A stretch of 64,000 nt of DNA from Antedon mediterranea (taxonomy: Eukaryota > Animalia > Echinodermata), in contig NC_092673.1 of the NCBI RefSeq assembly GCF_964355755.1, positions 10,230,001 to 10,294,000 on the forward strand, written 5' to 3'. Shown piece after piece: positions 1 to 43,928 of this stretch. The notes below the pieces were generated by a model. It made no database searches, had not been told where the DNA came from, and was given only the letters and a program-made list of their open reading frames with translations. The position numbers and the translations under genes were made by a program. Each line of letters begins with the position of its first letter. The first letter of the stretch is position 1.

Positions 1-3000
1 GTTTAGACATTTTTGCCTTAGCATCCCCACTTTGATTTTTTAAATACAATAAAGGGATATCGTCTTCTATTTTCTCAATTTGTAGTAAAAGTTGATCTTT
101 TTCTCTTGCCAATTCTGGAATTAAAAACAATTTAATTTATTTTTATTTATTTATTGAATTTTCTGCCATATACAATACAACGAAGACAAAACAAATATAA
201 AAAGCAAGGAAAGACAACAAATAAAAACGAAAGGAGAGAATAAATAAATTATACCTTCTTGCTTCATAGCCACTGCCTTCACTAACTTATCAAACTTTGA
301 TTTTGCTTGATCATCATCATAATCATCTTCTTCTGTACGATTTTTTCTTTTCATCAATATAGCAACATCCATTTTGTGGCATTCGCTTTCCAGCATCTCA
401 TACAGTTTTTTGAATATCCCTAAAGAGATATGGAGGGTAGGGACGGACACCTGTAAAGATAATTATAAAAAAATACTTACGACATTTAAGATTATTTACT
501 TGGTATTTAGAGTACAAGATAAAAATTACTTACTTGCTCAATTTCAATATCAATCATAGGCTCCCATATTACACTAAGTGATACATTCTTGGACATTTCC
601 TTTTTCCCTCCATGTTCCTCAAATGCCTTTAAGTTTTCAGCCAATGACCTCAGTGTCCTACACTCTCCATTAATAGACTTTGTTTGCTGTTCCTCTTTGG
701 ATTTTTTACAAAATAGGCAACAATACCGGCCTAAAACAAATATAATTTACTGTTAATATTATTTCACATTCTATTTTTTGTTTTGATAGAAAAAACATGT
801 ATTGTTTTTTTATATTATGTTTTTTTACTACTTACAGTTTGGTCCATTGATTCCGTAGATTTTGATTAGAAAATCATAGTCACCAAAACAAAACATTCGC
901 AGATTATACTCTCTGTGAAAGAAAAAAAATCCACATTTATAGATAAAGATAAGTGTATTTGTTACTCTGTTGTAATACATAGTATTTTATCCATGATAAA
1001 TGAAACAACATAACTACCTCCACTGTAGACCATTCAGTCCCATAACTTGCTCCGTCACTCTTGGTAATGTTTGCGACAAGTTATAGACGCTGTCCTTTGC
1101 ATGGAACATCAATACTACAACCACATTTCTGACTGCATTCGGATCAGCAACACTTACAATTTGTATTTCTGCCTTAAAACTCTCACCACCATGATCTCCG
1201 CCAAACTTCAGCCATATCTCATTGCCGTTGTATATTTTAAGTTTATTTTGCCTGTAAAATATAATAACATCGTTATTTTTTTTTGACAGGAACATACAAA
1301 ATGTGTGTACAGAATTGAGAAGATAAAATTATAAACTTACTGGCGGTACTCATCAAGGTAATTAAAAACCAAAGCCTTTATATCTGGTATGTGAACCACA
1401 GCTACCTCTTTCAAACTGAGACCTTCGTGCCGACTGGAATTAAACAACAGTAGCTCATTTTTTGATTTCAACTCGCAAAGCAGTTCCTTCTGGCATTCTC
1501 TCATCCTCTTCTCTGAAGGTATTAGTCCTGGAACATACCTGAAAGTATAATAATATACTGTATATTTACAGTACTGTACTGTATATAATTGTTTATTCAT
1601 ATAAATACAGTAGGTATTACTTAAAGCTCAGGTACAGGCATGAATTTTAAATACAATATCTGGTTAATTGTACATAAATCAAATATTAGTAACAGAAATC
1701 AAGACGAAAAAACATGAATTTCCCTTAATATGGTCAAATACAAAATTTTGAAAAATTCTGCCATAAAAACCTGGAAGACTTTTTTTTCAGTAGTTAGGTA
1801 GTTTAACCTAATGTAATAACATATCTGGTGACTCCCTAGAAGGTGAAAAAAGATGGTGGATATACGGTGGATAATTTTTGCTATAGCATGAAAATAAAAA
1901 TCTGAAGTTGATTAAAAATACCAGAAATGTAAAATTCAAGTTATATTACCTATATTTAGTCATCTGATAACATTTTTTACCACACCGTTTATTTTTCATA
2001 GCTTTTCAAAATGCCTCTCTATTTACAAAATTTGTGTACAAAAGAATAGAGATTTTACTGTGTAATTTGAACTATCCCCCCACTGATAAGAAAGTGCTTA
2101 TTTTCAACAAGCTCGTGTAACACAAATAAAATCGCAAACATTATGAAACATAGGGGAAACTATAGATCGATAATTATTGGATCAATAGAAATTTTTTGCC
2201 CGCACCTGGCCTTTAATATAATTTTACCTTCTTATCTTCAACAGTTGATTCCATACAACATTTGAGTCTGTCATCATTGCCAGGGCTTTGTCAACTATGA
2301 TGCTTTTCCTTGCAGTGATGCCTGCAGCCTGCAATTTTTTGGCTGGTGTTGATTTGAGTAAGGCAATCTCCTGCTTATCTGAATAACTATTGCTGACCTT
2401 GTTTGTGTATGCCCGTATGTCATCACATCTGTTTTTGAGTGTCTTTTTGCTGCATTTAACACTAGACACTGATGGATTGGAAATGAATCTAATTTTACTT
2501 GGCTGCAAAACAGGCGTATTTGAAAAGTTTAGTATATAGATTGGATTACCTGATAATCTATTGGAAGAATATTTAGAAGAACTTAATGCACTTGTCAATT
2601 GTATGACCCACCGTGTGCGTCATACCCCTGCATAAATAAAACTTACCTTAAGGTGATAATTATGGTGGTGGTAAAGTGACGGGCATTGACAAGTGCATAC
2701 AAATGTATTAAATAATATCAAGTGATTGATTACAAATGTGTTCTAAGGTATATTACAAATTATTATTTTATTTAAATACGTATTATATATAATGTACTCT
2801 ATTTAAAATAATTATTCATATGTTAATTTTAAGTAACTAAAAACCAACCTAGGATTTTCTTTGTGTTATGAATGAACTATAACTATATTATGTTTTATTG
2901 TATATTATCTATATATGAATGATATGATATTACTTACTCTCCCATTTGTGGCCATGAGTGTTTCCCCGCCACCTTGTCGTAGTCTTGTTATAACCAATTC

Positions 3001-3706
3001 ATCATTTAGTTGGGAAATAGCAGGATGGATGTGAACGTTCTTAATTAAGGATTCTTTCAGAATTTTCACTGCGCCGATAACAGTGTTGTTATCTTCTACC
3101 TTATCTGCATTTTTCACGCATGCATGAATAGGTGTAGATTCGTATTTCATTGCCATATCACATGTCTTACACCGTACAATTAAGTCATGTAAAGCCTCAT
3201 GATTCACATTCTGATTACACATTATACAATCAAATGTAGATTTACGAAGAGCAGCAAAGACATAATTTAAACAGGACGTACAATAAATGTGAGCACAGGG
3301 GGGTCATACGGTGATCAAAACTTAAAATGTTTGAACACAATTTACAACAAAAAAGATCTGCCTCTTCATCTTTATCAATTATAAAGTTTGAACTTGAACC
3401 ATGTGATAGCATAAACGGTTGAATTGTTGATGGTCTGTACGGTTTCTGCTGCTCTCGAAATAAAAAACATGCAACACAAGTTGGAGCATGATCAGAAAAA
3501 TAAAATTTACTGTGTACCGCCGTGTCATTTTTTCTTGTACTTTCCAAAAGACAATACCTGCAGATATTTACCGGTGAAGATGGACAATATAAATAATTCA
3601 AGCGTGTGATGGATTGTACTGATCTACACCTTTCATTTGTTGTAATCTTCCTGCCACAAACACAGCAAATTGATTGTAGAGCCCGTAAATGAAACGACCT
3701 CTCCAT
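1..3706 (-). CDS. Chapaev (CMC)/RAG1-like DDE transposase, multi-exon, 3' end beyond the window; one apparent +1 frameshift at 3298-3303
   Basis: Exons read by hand (minus strand, all GT-AG, phases consistent): 3706-2938, 2502-2228, 1538-1341, 1251-1018, 912-836, 730-534, 450-255, 114-<1, about 686 codons. Motifs: H-x7-CCxCG...CxxC...H-x3-CxxC (Chapa/RAG1 N-terminal finger); RING CKLC..CAHIYCTSC..CIMC once one G is removed from G6; LHDLIVRCKTC..H.C (ZFA-like); ATNGR|P; WNQLLKIRR..SEKRMR; KFGGDHGGESFK; FGDYDFLIKIYGINGPNCRYCCLFC; PTLHISLGIFKKL. Confidence 0.85.
1625..2212. mobile_element. Non-autonomous TTAA-specific MITE (Kolobok-like) inside transposase intron 2
   Basis: TTAA at 1621-1624 and 2213-2216. 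Imperfect TIRs: AGCTCAGGTACAGGCATGAATTTT versus reverse-complemented right end AGGCCAGGTGCGGGCAAAAAATTT. Removing it leaves a ~97-bp intron, similar in size to the other short introns. Confidence 0.7.
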
Positions 3707-3810
3707 CGTTGCACACGCGCGACCGACTAAATAACCGCGCTCGTACAGCCTGTTTAGGCATAGATAGACTGCCAGGCTGCTATGACGTCGCGCGATCGCC
3801 GGAAATATTG
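3707..3810 (-). promoter_or_regulatory. Putative promoter of the transposase gene
   Basis: Short CpG-rich patch immediately upstream of the ATG within AT-rich DNA; contains TGACGTC (CRE-like) and CCGGAAA (ETS-like). Confidence 0.3.
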
Positions 3811-4313
3811 CCTATGTTCAGGATACAATAAAATCAGTTTTAAAAATAACACCAATTTTATATTTTGGAAAATGAAAATAACAACACTAACAATTATTTC
3901 TGTCTTTTCAGAAATTTATTTAAAAATTAGGTTTCGATTTTAGCTTTAAAAGAAATACAGTTAATTTACACTCTCTAGCTTATCGCCGTATACGTTGGGC
4001 TGTTTACATTTTTAGAAGTACCTAGGTTGTGTAAGGAACATCGTTGTAAATAAATTTCCTTTTCACTATAACTATTGTTGTTGGTACTGTTTGTACAATT
4101 ATAAGTTTCTAAAAATAGTAACTAAGGTTTTAAATCATATTGTTCATTTTGAGCGATGTGTGCAGCAAATTTATATGGTATACATTATGAAATTTATTTT
4201 GTTTTCTCTCGCGCGAAATATTCACACTTCCGTGTCATACACAGACTACTAAAAGGCTGTGGCTGATTTTAGTAATCAAAACGGCCCTCGGAACACTTAA
4301 TTTCCATTTTTGC

Positions 4314-5895
4314 CTATATGACGTTGATGTGACAAGCGCCGAGATGAACCTGCATTATGTGCACTTTCTTCTCGGCCGCATCACGAAGTTCGAGATGGTC
4401 GCCGCCGACCGCGTTTGCGACGAGCATGTCCGAATAGTCAACGTTCCTCAACGGCCGCACAGCTTCGGTGTCGAGCATGGCCGCCACGGTTATCGCAGCC
4501 GAGTAGAGATCGGACTTGGGCGACAACATCTTGATCGGCCTGTCCGTCATGACGTGGCTCACGTCTCTGAAAGACGTCGTCACGAGTTTGTAAGGACTTC
4601 TTACGCTGCCCATTTTAGGGTCCGCGTCCATGATGTAGATCTCGGTGTCGGGCGGAATGTACTTTGAAACGGCGGAGCCTTTTCGAATTTTCCGATCCCT
4701 CCGAAACCTTTGGAATCTTTTTCTGTCAATTCTATTCCCAGCGATTCAACGTTCCTCTCGCAGAACTCGGCCGAACCTAAATCTATCAGGACGTACAGAT
4801 CTTTGACTCTGTTGTACGTCACGTTCTTCGTCGTTATGTCGTTGTGCATTATTCCGATGTTCCTCAGGTGATTGATGCCAGCGTTCATGTGGTTGTACAG
4901 TCTTCTGACGGACGGCAGCAAGCCGAACTTGAATCTCAGCGTGAACAAGTCGCACCCTTCGTTCGTCGTGCGTATGGTCTGCACCACTCCGTCTGCGATG
5001 GTGGCTTGAGTTATGGTCGGCACGTACCGTTTGGAGTTGCAGGCCTTGTCGTTTGCGTACGCCAAAATCATTGTCTCTTTGTTGAAAGTGAGGCTCTGAC
5101 GCCTGTCGAGCAGATCGAATGTTTTGAAATGTCTCTTTTCGACCAAGGACGCGTCGGATTCGACAGACTTGACCTGCCCGAACGTGCCTTTGTCGTTCAC
5201 CAAGAACAAGCCGTGTCTGGACAGATCGTTTGGCAATTTTGCGTAACTTATCGTCTTTACGATGTCGTTTTGTCTGTCGGCGGCGGCGGTCCTCGGTTTT
5301 GGAACCGGAGGAGGGGGCATAAGAAGAGGAGACGACACGAGAAGAGGAGACGGCACGTTCGACGTCTTGAACTCCTTGGAGGGCCTGACGTAATCGGTCG
5401 TCGGATGTGACGACGTGCGTCGCTTCTCCGGGGTCCGCTGCGTGGTCGCCGCACCTGCGTCGAGTTTTTTTTTTTGCCGTTCCTCGGTAGAACCGTCTCC
5501 GCGTCGACCGGATCTCATTCTCCATTCTTCCTCTGTCCAATTTTTGCCGTCGCGTTCCCGTCGACGATCGTCGGTCCACCGAGCTTTGCCTTCGCTGCGG
5601 CTTATTATCTGATTTTCGTTCTGGAGCGACCTTCGCCTATCGGGTTCCTTCTTTTTAACGTTGTGGTCGTCGGCGTCGTTGTGCATTCTTCGACGATCGT
5701 TTTCGGGACGTTTTTTTATCATCGCCGTGTCGTCTTCGCCGATCGTGTTCGGGGCGCGTTCGATCGTCGTCGTGTCGTCTTCTTCGACGATCGTGTTCTC
5801 GACGCGTTCGATCGTCGACGTGTCGTCTTATCTGGTCGAGTTTGTACCGTTGGTAATCGTCGACGTATCTCGTTTGATGATCGGTTGGCTGCATG
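4314..5895 (-). pseudogene. Intronless Ser/Thr protein kinase with a long Arg/Asp-rich low-complexity N-terminus, frameshifted
   Basis: ORF 4601-5722 has KGTFGQV (Gly loop), VEK, KE, HLRNIGIMHNDITTKNV (catalytic loop) and LIDLGSA (DFG-like). A shift near 4660-4700 leads into KYIPPD (APE-like) and PKSDLYSAAITV (subdomain IX) in the frame of ORF 4314-4631. Upstream ORF 5655-6041 (MQPTDHQ..HDRRRRRHDDDRTR repeats) probably joins by a second shift. The stop at 4314 coincides with the composition boundary. Confidence 0.75.
5690..5830. repeat. ~48-bp coding tandem repeat (16-aa HDRRRRRHDDDRTRxE units)
   Basis: CGATCGTGTTC..CGCGTTCGATCGTCG.CGTGTCGTCTT occurs twice, with degenerate flanking copies. 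Confidence 0.65.
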
Positions 5896-5917
5896 TTGCT
5901 TTTCCTCACCCTTTCAA

Positions 5918-5918
<1 letters not shown>

Positions 5919-5950
<32 letters not shown>
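5919..5950. repeat. (TG)16 microsatellite
   Basis: Read directly; lies between the IAP 3' end and the probable kinase start. Confidence 0.95.
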
Positions 5951-5952
<2 letters not shown>

Positions 5953-6087
5953 GTTTTTGAACTGTGCTTCCGCCCAGCACCGAAGACGAATGAACGACTT
6001 AATCCCTTCCGCGTGTGTTGTAAAATGCTAATACGTTTCAAACGACGGCGAAAAGCAGAGAAGAGGCGATCCTGTTTCTTGTTCGAT

Positions 6088-8089
6088 TCAAGCCAGAAAG
6101 ATTTTCGTTTGTGTGTCGATAACGCCTCTGCAGATCGGACACTCGGAAAGCTGTCGGCCGCAAGATTCGCAGGCTGAAATGTGACCGCAGGGAAGAAAAC
6201 AAATGTTCGAATCCTGTTCCATGCACACCTTGCAAAGACGTTGATCTAGAAGTTGCGTCACCTTAGAACGTAAATCGACGATGCTCTTATCTTTCGAGTC
6301 GGAAGCGTGGGCAGGCGGCTTTGCCACTACCTCCGCACTTTTTTCGCCGTCCTCTTTCTGAGCGAGTTGGGTCGTCACAGCGTCGAACAACTGCACGACA
6401 GAATCGAAATGTTTGCCTTCTTTCAATTTTTGCAGCACAACGTTTTCCACGGAGTCGATGGTGTAGCCCATCTCTATGACCTGCTGGACGGGTTTACGTT
6501 TCATCTCCTTTTCCAATAGACAGGCGACGGTGATGGCAGACGTTGCCTTGTTTTTCCATACGTCTCCTTTTTTCTTCTCTTCTTCTTCTTCTTCTTCTTC
6601 TTTTTCCTTCTCTTTCCACCCATCTGTTTTGCAGAGACCACTCGAGTGAACTTTGTTTGCGCCTTCGGAGGAGACGTGCAGCGAAAGTCCTTCAAACAAC
6701 TCGAACGGGCTTCACGTCACATTTCTTCTCGACCGCTCTCTCCGTCGCATTTCTGACGTACTCTACGTAGGCGGTACCTTTAGTCCGAATCAACAGGTCG
6801 CAAAACGGATAAAAGCTTGCATGCTCGAACAACGGGTCGCATCTTTCATCGGTCGACCGGAAGTCCAGCACGATGGCACAGTTGTAGCACGCACGACCCG
6901 CCTCGACGTCGATCGCGAAGAACCCGGCTTCTGCAATTCTGCCTGCCGCAGGGATCTTCCAGCGTGCAAATGTCCGTCGTCTTTCGTGCAAGTCGGCGAA
7001 TTTAGGGTAGCACATTTTTAGAACCATCGACGACGACGACGACGTTTGTTTGTTCGTGGTGCTGTCGTCGACCCGGTAGGCGTTGCGACGTGACGGCAAG
7101 TACCCGCAGTGCGGGTAAAGTCTCTCGTGTTCTTGTTCCACGTCATCTCCAGATTTCAATCCTTTCAGTCGACCGCGGCAACAGAAGCATTCAACGCAGT
7201 CGCCGACTCCGGTGTAGTAGAATCCGGAGCGAGCCATGGAACTATAAGGCGCGACGCCGTTTTTTTTGCCGGCCAGTTTTTGTAGGTTGCCAATCTGCTC
7301 TACAATGACGACATCCTGGCGATCTCCACCCGAGTCACGACGGCATCGTTGCTGCTCGTGCTGCTGTGGTTTACTTCCTTGCGTTTCTGCGACAAAAATT
7401 TGCAGGTCCGGTAGAACTTTACGTGCTCGACGTCTGCGACGTCCCCTTCCTCCCAGCCTTTAAGACCGCCCATGCAGGAGAAGCATTTGACGTGGTCATC
7501 CGTGCCGGTGTAGTAAAATCCGGAACGAGCCAAAGAAATCGACGACACAACGTTCTGGATGGGCCAATTCTTGTAAGATGCCAACCGAGCAACGTAACTG
7601 GACATGGGAGGTGGGGATGTGGGAGGCGGAGACGGTAACACGGACGGAGACGACATCTTGGACGAAGAACGTGGAAATGGTTCGTGTGCGTTTTCAGTGT
7701 TTTGCTTTTTCGTTTTATTTTTCACGACGGCATCGTTGCTGCCTGTGCTGCTACGGTTTGCTTCCGCGAGTTTGGGAGAAAATTTTCCGTGCACGACGTC
7801 TGCGACGTCCCCTGCCTGCCATCTTTTAAGACCGCTCGTGCAGGAGAAGCATTTGACGCGGTCATCCGTGCCGGTGTAGTAAAATGTAAGAGGCCAACCG
7901 AGCTACGTAACTGGACATGGGATTCGGGGACGTGGGATTCGGAGACAGTAACACGGACGGAGACGACATCTTGTCAGGTAGCGGCGACGACGACGACAAA
8001 GAACATGGAAATGATTCGTATGCATTTTCAGCGTGTTGCTTTTTCGTTTTATTTTTTTTTTTTTTCTTATTATTTTTATTCTTTGACAT
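6088..8089 (-). pseudogene. Intronless inhibitor-of-apoptosis (IAP/BIRC-like) gene: 4 BIR (first degenerate) + UBA-like + C-terminal RING, disrupted
   Basis: BIR2: RLASYKNWP..LARSGFYYTGTDDHVKCFSC..W..GD...EH..FYRTC. BIR3: RLATYKNWP..MARSGFYYTGVGDCVECFCC..EH..YPHC. BIR4: RRRTFARW..IAEAGFF..CYNC..DPLFEH..FYPFC. UBA-like: VIEMGY..FDSVVQLFDAV. RING: CKVCMEQDSNICFLPCGHISACESC..CPICR..IFLA. Lesions: deletion/frameshift in BIR1 (~7885), TAG at 7300-7302, A8 frameshift at 7260-7267, frameshift near 6695. Confidence 0.88.
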
Positions 8090-8267
8090 GGTTGTTTTTT
8101 AAATTAGAAAGAAATGAAGATAAAAAATGTTCGTCATGACTTTTCTTCAGCGAGAGGCGACTGCAAGTGCGCTCGCTTCGGTTCGCCGCCAGGGACCGTT
8201 TCGCCAAGTAAACCGTCTGTTTTCGATCGAGATTTTGTTGCCGTTTTTTTTTTGTACGCCTTCATCG

Positions 8268-10045
8268 AAAAAACCATGTTTATTTTCAATTTAAAAAAAA
8301 AAGAAAAAAAATTCCCTAGAGGTTCGACCCACTACTCAGAGCATTCAAACCTGAGCATTACCCGTTACGCCACAAACCAGTACATGACTGAAAAGCTGAT
8401 AATAGTCTATTTATATGAAATGGATGATCAATCAATGAAAAATAATGCCATGAAACTTTGTTTTTGATTTTAAAAAAGGTTCACTTGTTTAGGCCTGACA
8501 GTTGCAACCCTCAAAATATCTCACTTTCAAAAACAATATTTATTTTCAATTAAAAAAAAAAGAAAAAAATACCCGTATAGGTTCGAACCCACTACTGAGA
8601 GCACTCAAACCTGAGCATTACCCGTTACGCCACAAACCAGTAGATGACTGAGGAGCTGATAATAGTGTATATACAGTATATGAAATGAATGATCAATCAA
8701 TGAAAAATAATGCCATGCAACTTTGTTTCTGATTTTAAAAAAGATCCTTTTTTTAGGCCTGACATTCACAACCCTAAAAAATATCTCATTTTCAAAAAAG
8801 ATAGTTATTTTCAATAAGAAAAAAAAAGCAATATCCCTAGAGGTTGGAACCCGCTACTGAGAGCACTCAAACCTGGGTATTACCCGTTACGCCACAAACC
8901 AGTAGATGACTGAAGAGCTGATAATACTCTATTTATATGAAATAAATAATAAATCAATGAAAAATAATGCCATGCAACTTTGTTTCTGATTTTAAAAAAG
9001 GTTCACTTGTTTAGGCCTGACAGTTGCAACCCTCAAAATATCTCACTTTCAAAAACAATATTTATTTTCAATTAAAAAAAAAGAAACAAAATATCCGTAG
9101 AGGTTCGAACCCACTAGGGAGAGCACTCAAACTTGAGCATTACCCGTTACGCCACAAACCAGTAGATGACTGAAGAGCTGATAATACTCTATTTATATGA
9201 AATAAATAATAAATCAATGAAAAATAATGCCTTGCAACTTTGTTTCTGATTTTAAAAAAGGTCCACTTGTTTAGGCCTGACATTTACAACACTCAAAATA
9301 TCTCACTTTCAAAAACAATATTATTTTCAATTAAAAAAAAAGAAAGAAAAAAAATATTCGTAGAGGTTCGAACCCACTACTGCGAGAACTCAAACCTGAG
9401 CACTACCGGTTTCGCCACAAACCAGTAGATCAGTGAAGAGCTGATAATAGTCTATTTATATGAAATAAATGATCCATCAATGTAAAATGATGTTATGCAA
9501 CTTTGTTTCTGATTTAAAAGAAGGTCCACTTGGTTAGGCTTGACATTTAAAACCATAAAATATCTCACTTTCAAAAACAATTTTCAAATAAAAAAAAAGA
9601 AAAAAAAAATTCCTAGAGGTTCGTACCCACTACTGAGAGAACTCAAACCTGAGCATTACCGGTTACGCCACAAACCAAGAGTGAAGGGCTGATATTAGTC
9701 TATTTATATGAAATGAATGATCCATCAATGTAAAATGGTGTTATACAACTTTGTTTCTGATTTTAAAAAAGGTCCACTTGGTTAGGCTTGACATTTAAAA
9801 CCATAAAAATATCTCACTTTCAAAAACAATATTTATTTTCAAATAAAAAAAAACAAACAAAAATATCCCTAGAAGTTCGAACCAAACTATTGAAATCACT
9901 CAAACCTGAGCATTACCCGTTACGCGGCAAACCAGTATATGACTGAAGAGCTGATAATAGTCTATTTATATGAAATGGATGATCAATCAATGAAAAATAA
10001 TGCCATGCAACTTTGTTTCTGATTTCCAAAAAGGTTCACTTGTTT
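8268..10045 (-). repeat. ~260-bp tRNA-derived satellite, about 7 copies, tRNA-like part on the minus strand
   Basis: GGTTCGAACCCACTACTGAGAGCACTCAAACCTGAGCATTACCCGTTACGCCACAAACC recurs at ~8321, 8580, 8842, 9102 and 9366. It is the reverse complement of the array at 53851-64000. Confidence 0.92.
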
Positions 10046-10054
10046 AGGTTCACT

Positions 10055-43318
<33,264 letters not shown>

Positions 43319-43928
43319 CCTGAAAAAAACTGTAATTTAAAGCAATAAAATGGTCAAATTGTCTGGAAGCCAATGAGTTTTTGGGTAATTTAACTGTTTA
43401 TTTTGTTTTTTTATAGGTTAAATAATTTTTTCCCCGTTCTTTTTTCTTATGGAAGTGAACAACTTCATTAAAACTGCATATTGGCCTATTTAAAGTCCGA
43501 TTTCAAAAATCTTTATTTTTCATGATTTTGGGAGACAATATACATCTTTAATTTTAAAATAAAGTATATACATTTTATAAGATTAATAAATAATATTTTA
43601 AACGGTAAAATATTAAATAGCCCCATTACTACAATGTTACTTAAGTAGTAAGCAGGGCTCTATAAAAACCATTTTCCGATTTTTTAATATAAAATACATT
43701 ATAATAAAAATTATTACTGAAGACGTAGATATTAAATTGTCAAAGTATGAATACTGATCATATCTGATATTTTCAGGGGTCCCTGATATTATAAAATACT
43801 ATTAATATGATAGCAATAGAGACGGAGGCATGCTCAGCCATAATAACTGAACCAATAAAAAATGTACAAGATTCACGCGCTGTCATCATGTATAGTTTCA
43901 CCCTGTCTTGCCCTTTTCACGTTTAAAC

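Larger units (their letters stand above)
1..4314 (-). mobile_element. Chapaev-type DNA transposon, 5' part; terminus at either ~4234 or ~4314
   Basis: AT-rich segment containing the transposase gene. A CAC-type candidate terminus reads CACGGAAGTGTG... from 4234 on the minus strand. Composition changes sharply at 4314. The partner TIR and TSD are outside the window. Confidence 0.55.

Noticed and set aside
2503-2598. N-terminal part of ORF 2224-2598 as coding sequence
   Set aside because: An acceptor TTTTGCAG at 2503 joins ATNGR to PSK in phase, so the upstream part is intronic.
1-3706. Calling the gene a true RAG1/RAG1L ortholog
   Set aside because: Core motifs (GGDHGG, GDYDF, LHISLG) differ from RAG1 (CDGMG, GYDEK, LHCDIG) and fit Chapaev-type transposases better; no RAG2-like gene is in the window.
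4329-8139. Plus-strand and alternative-frame ORFs over the kinase and IAP
   Set aside because: Shadow ORFs of stop-poor GC-rich DNA; recognisable motifs lie only in the minus-strand frames called.
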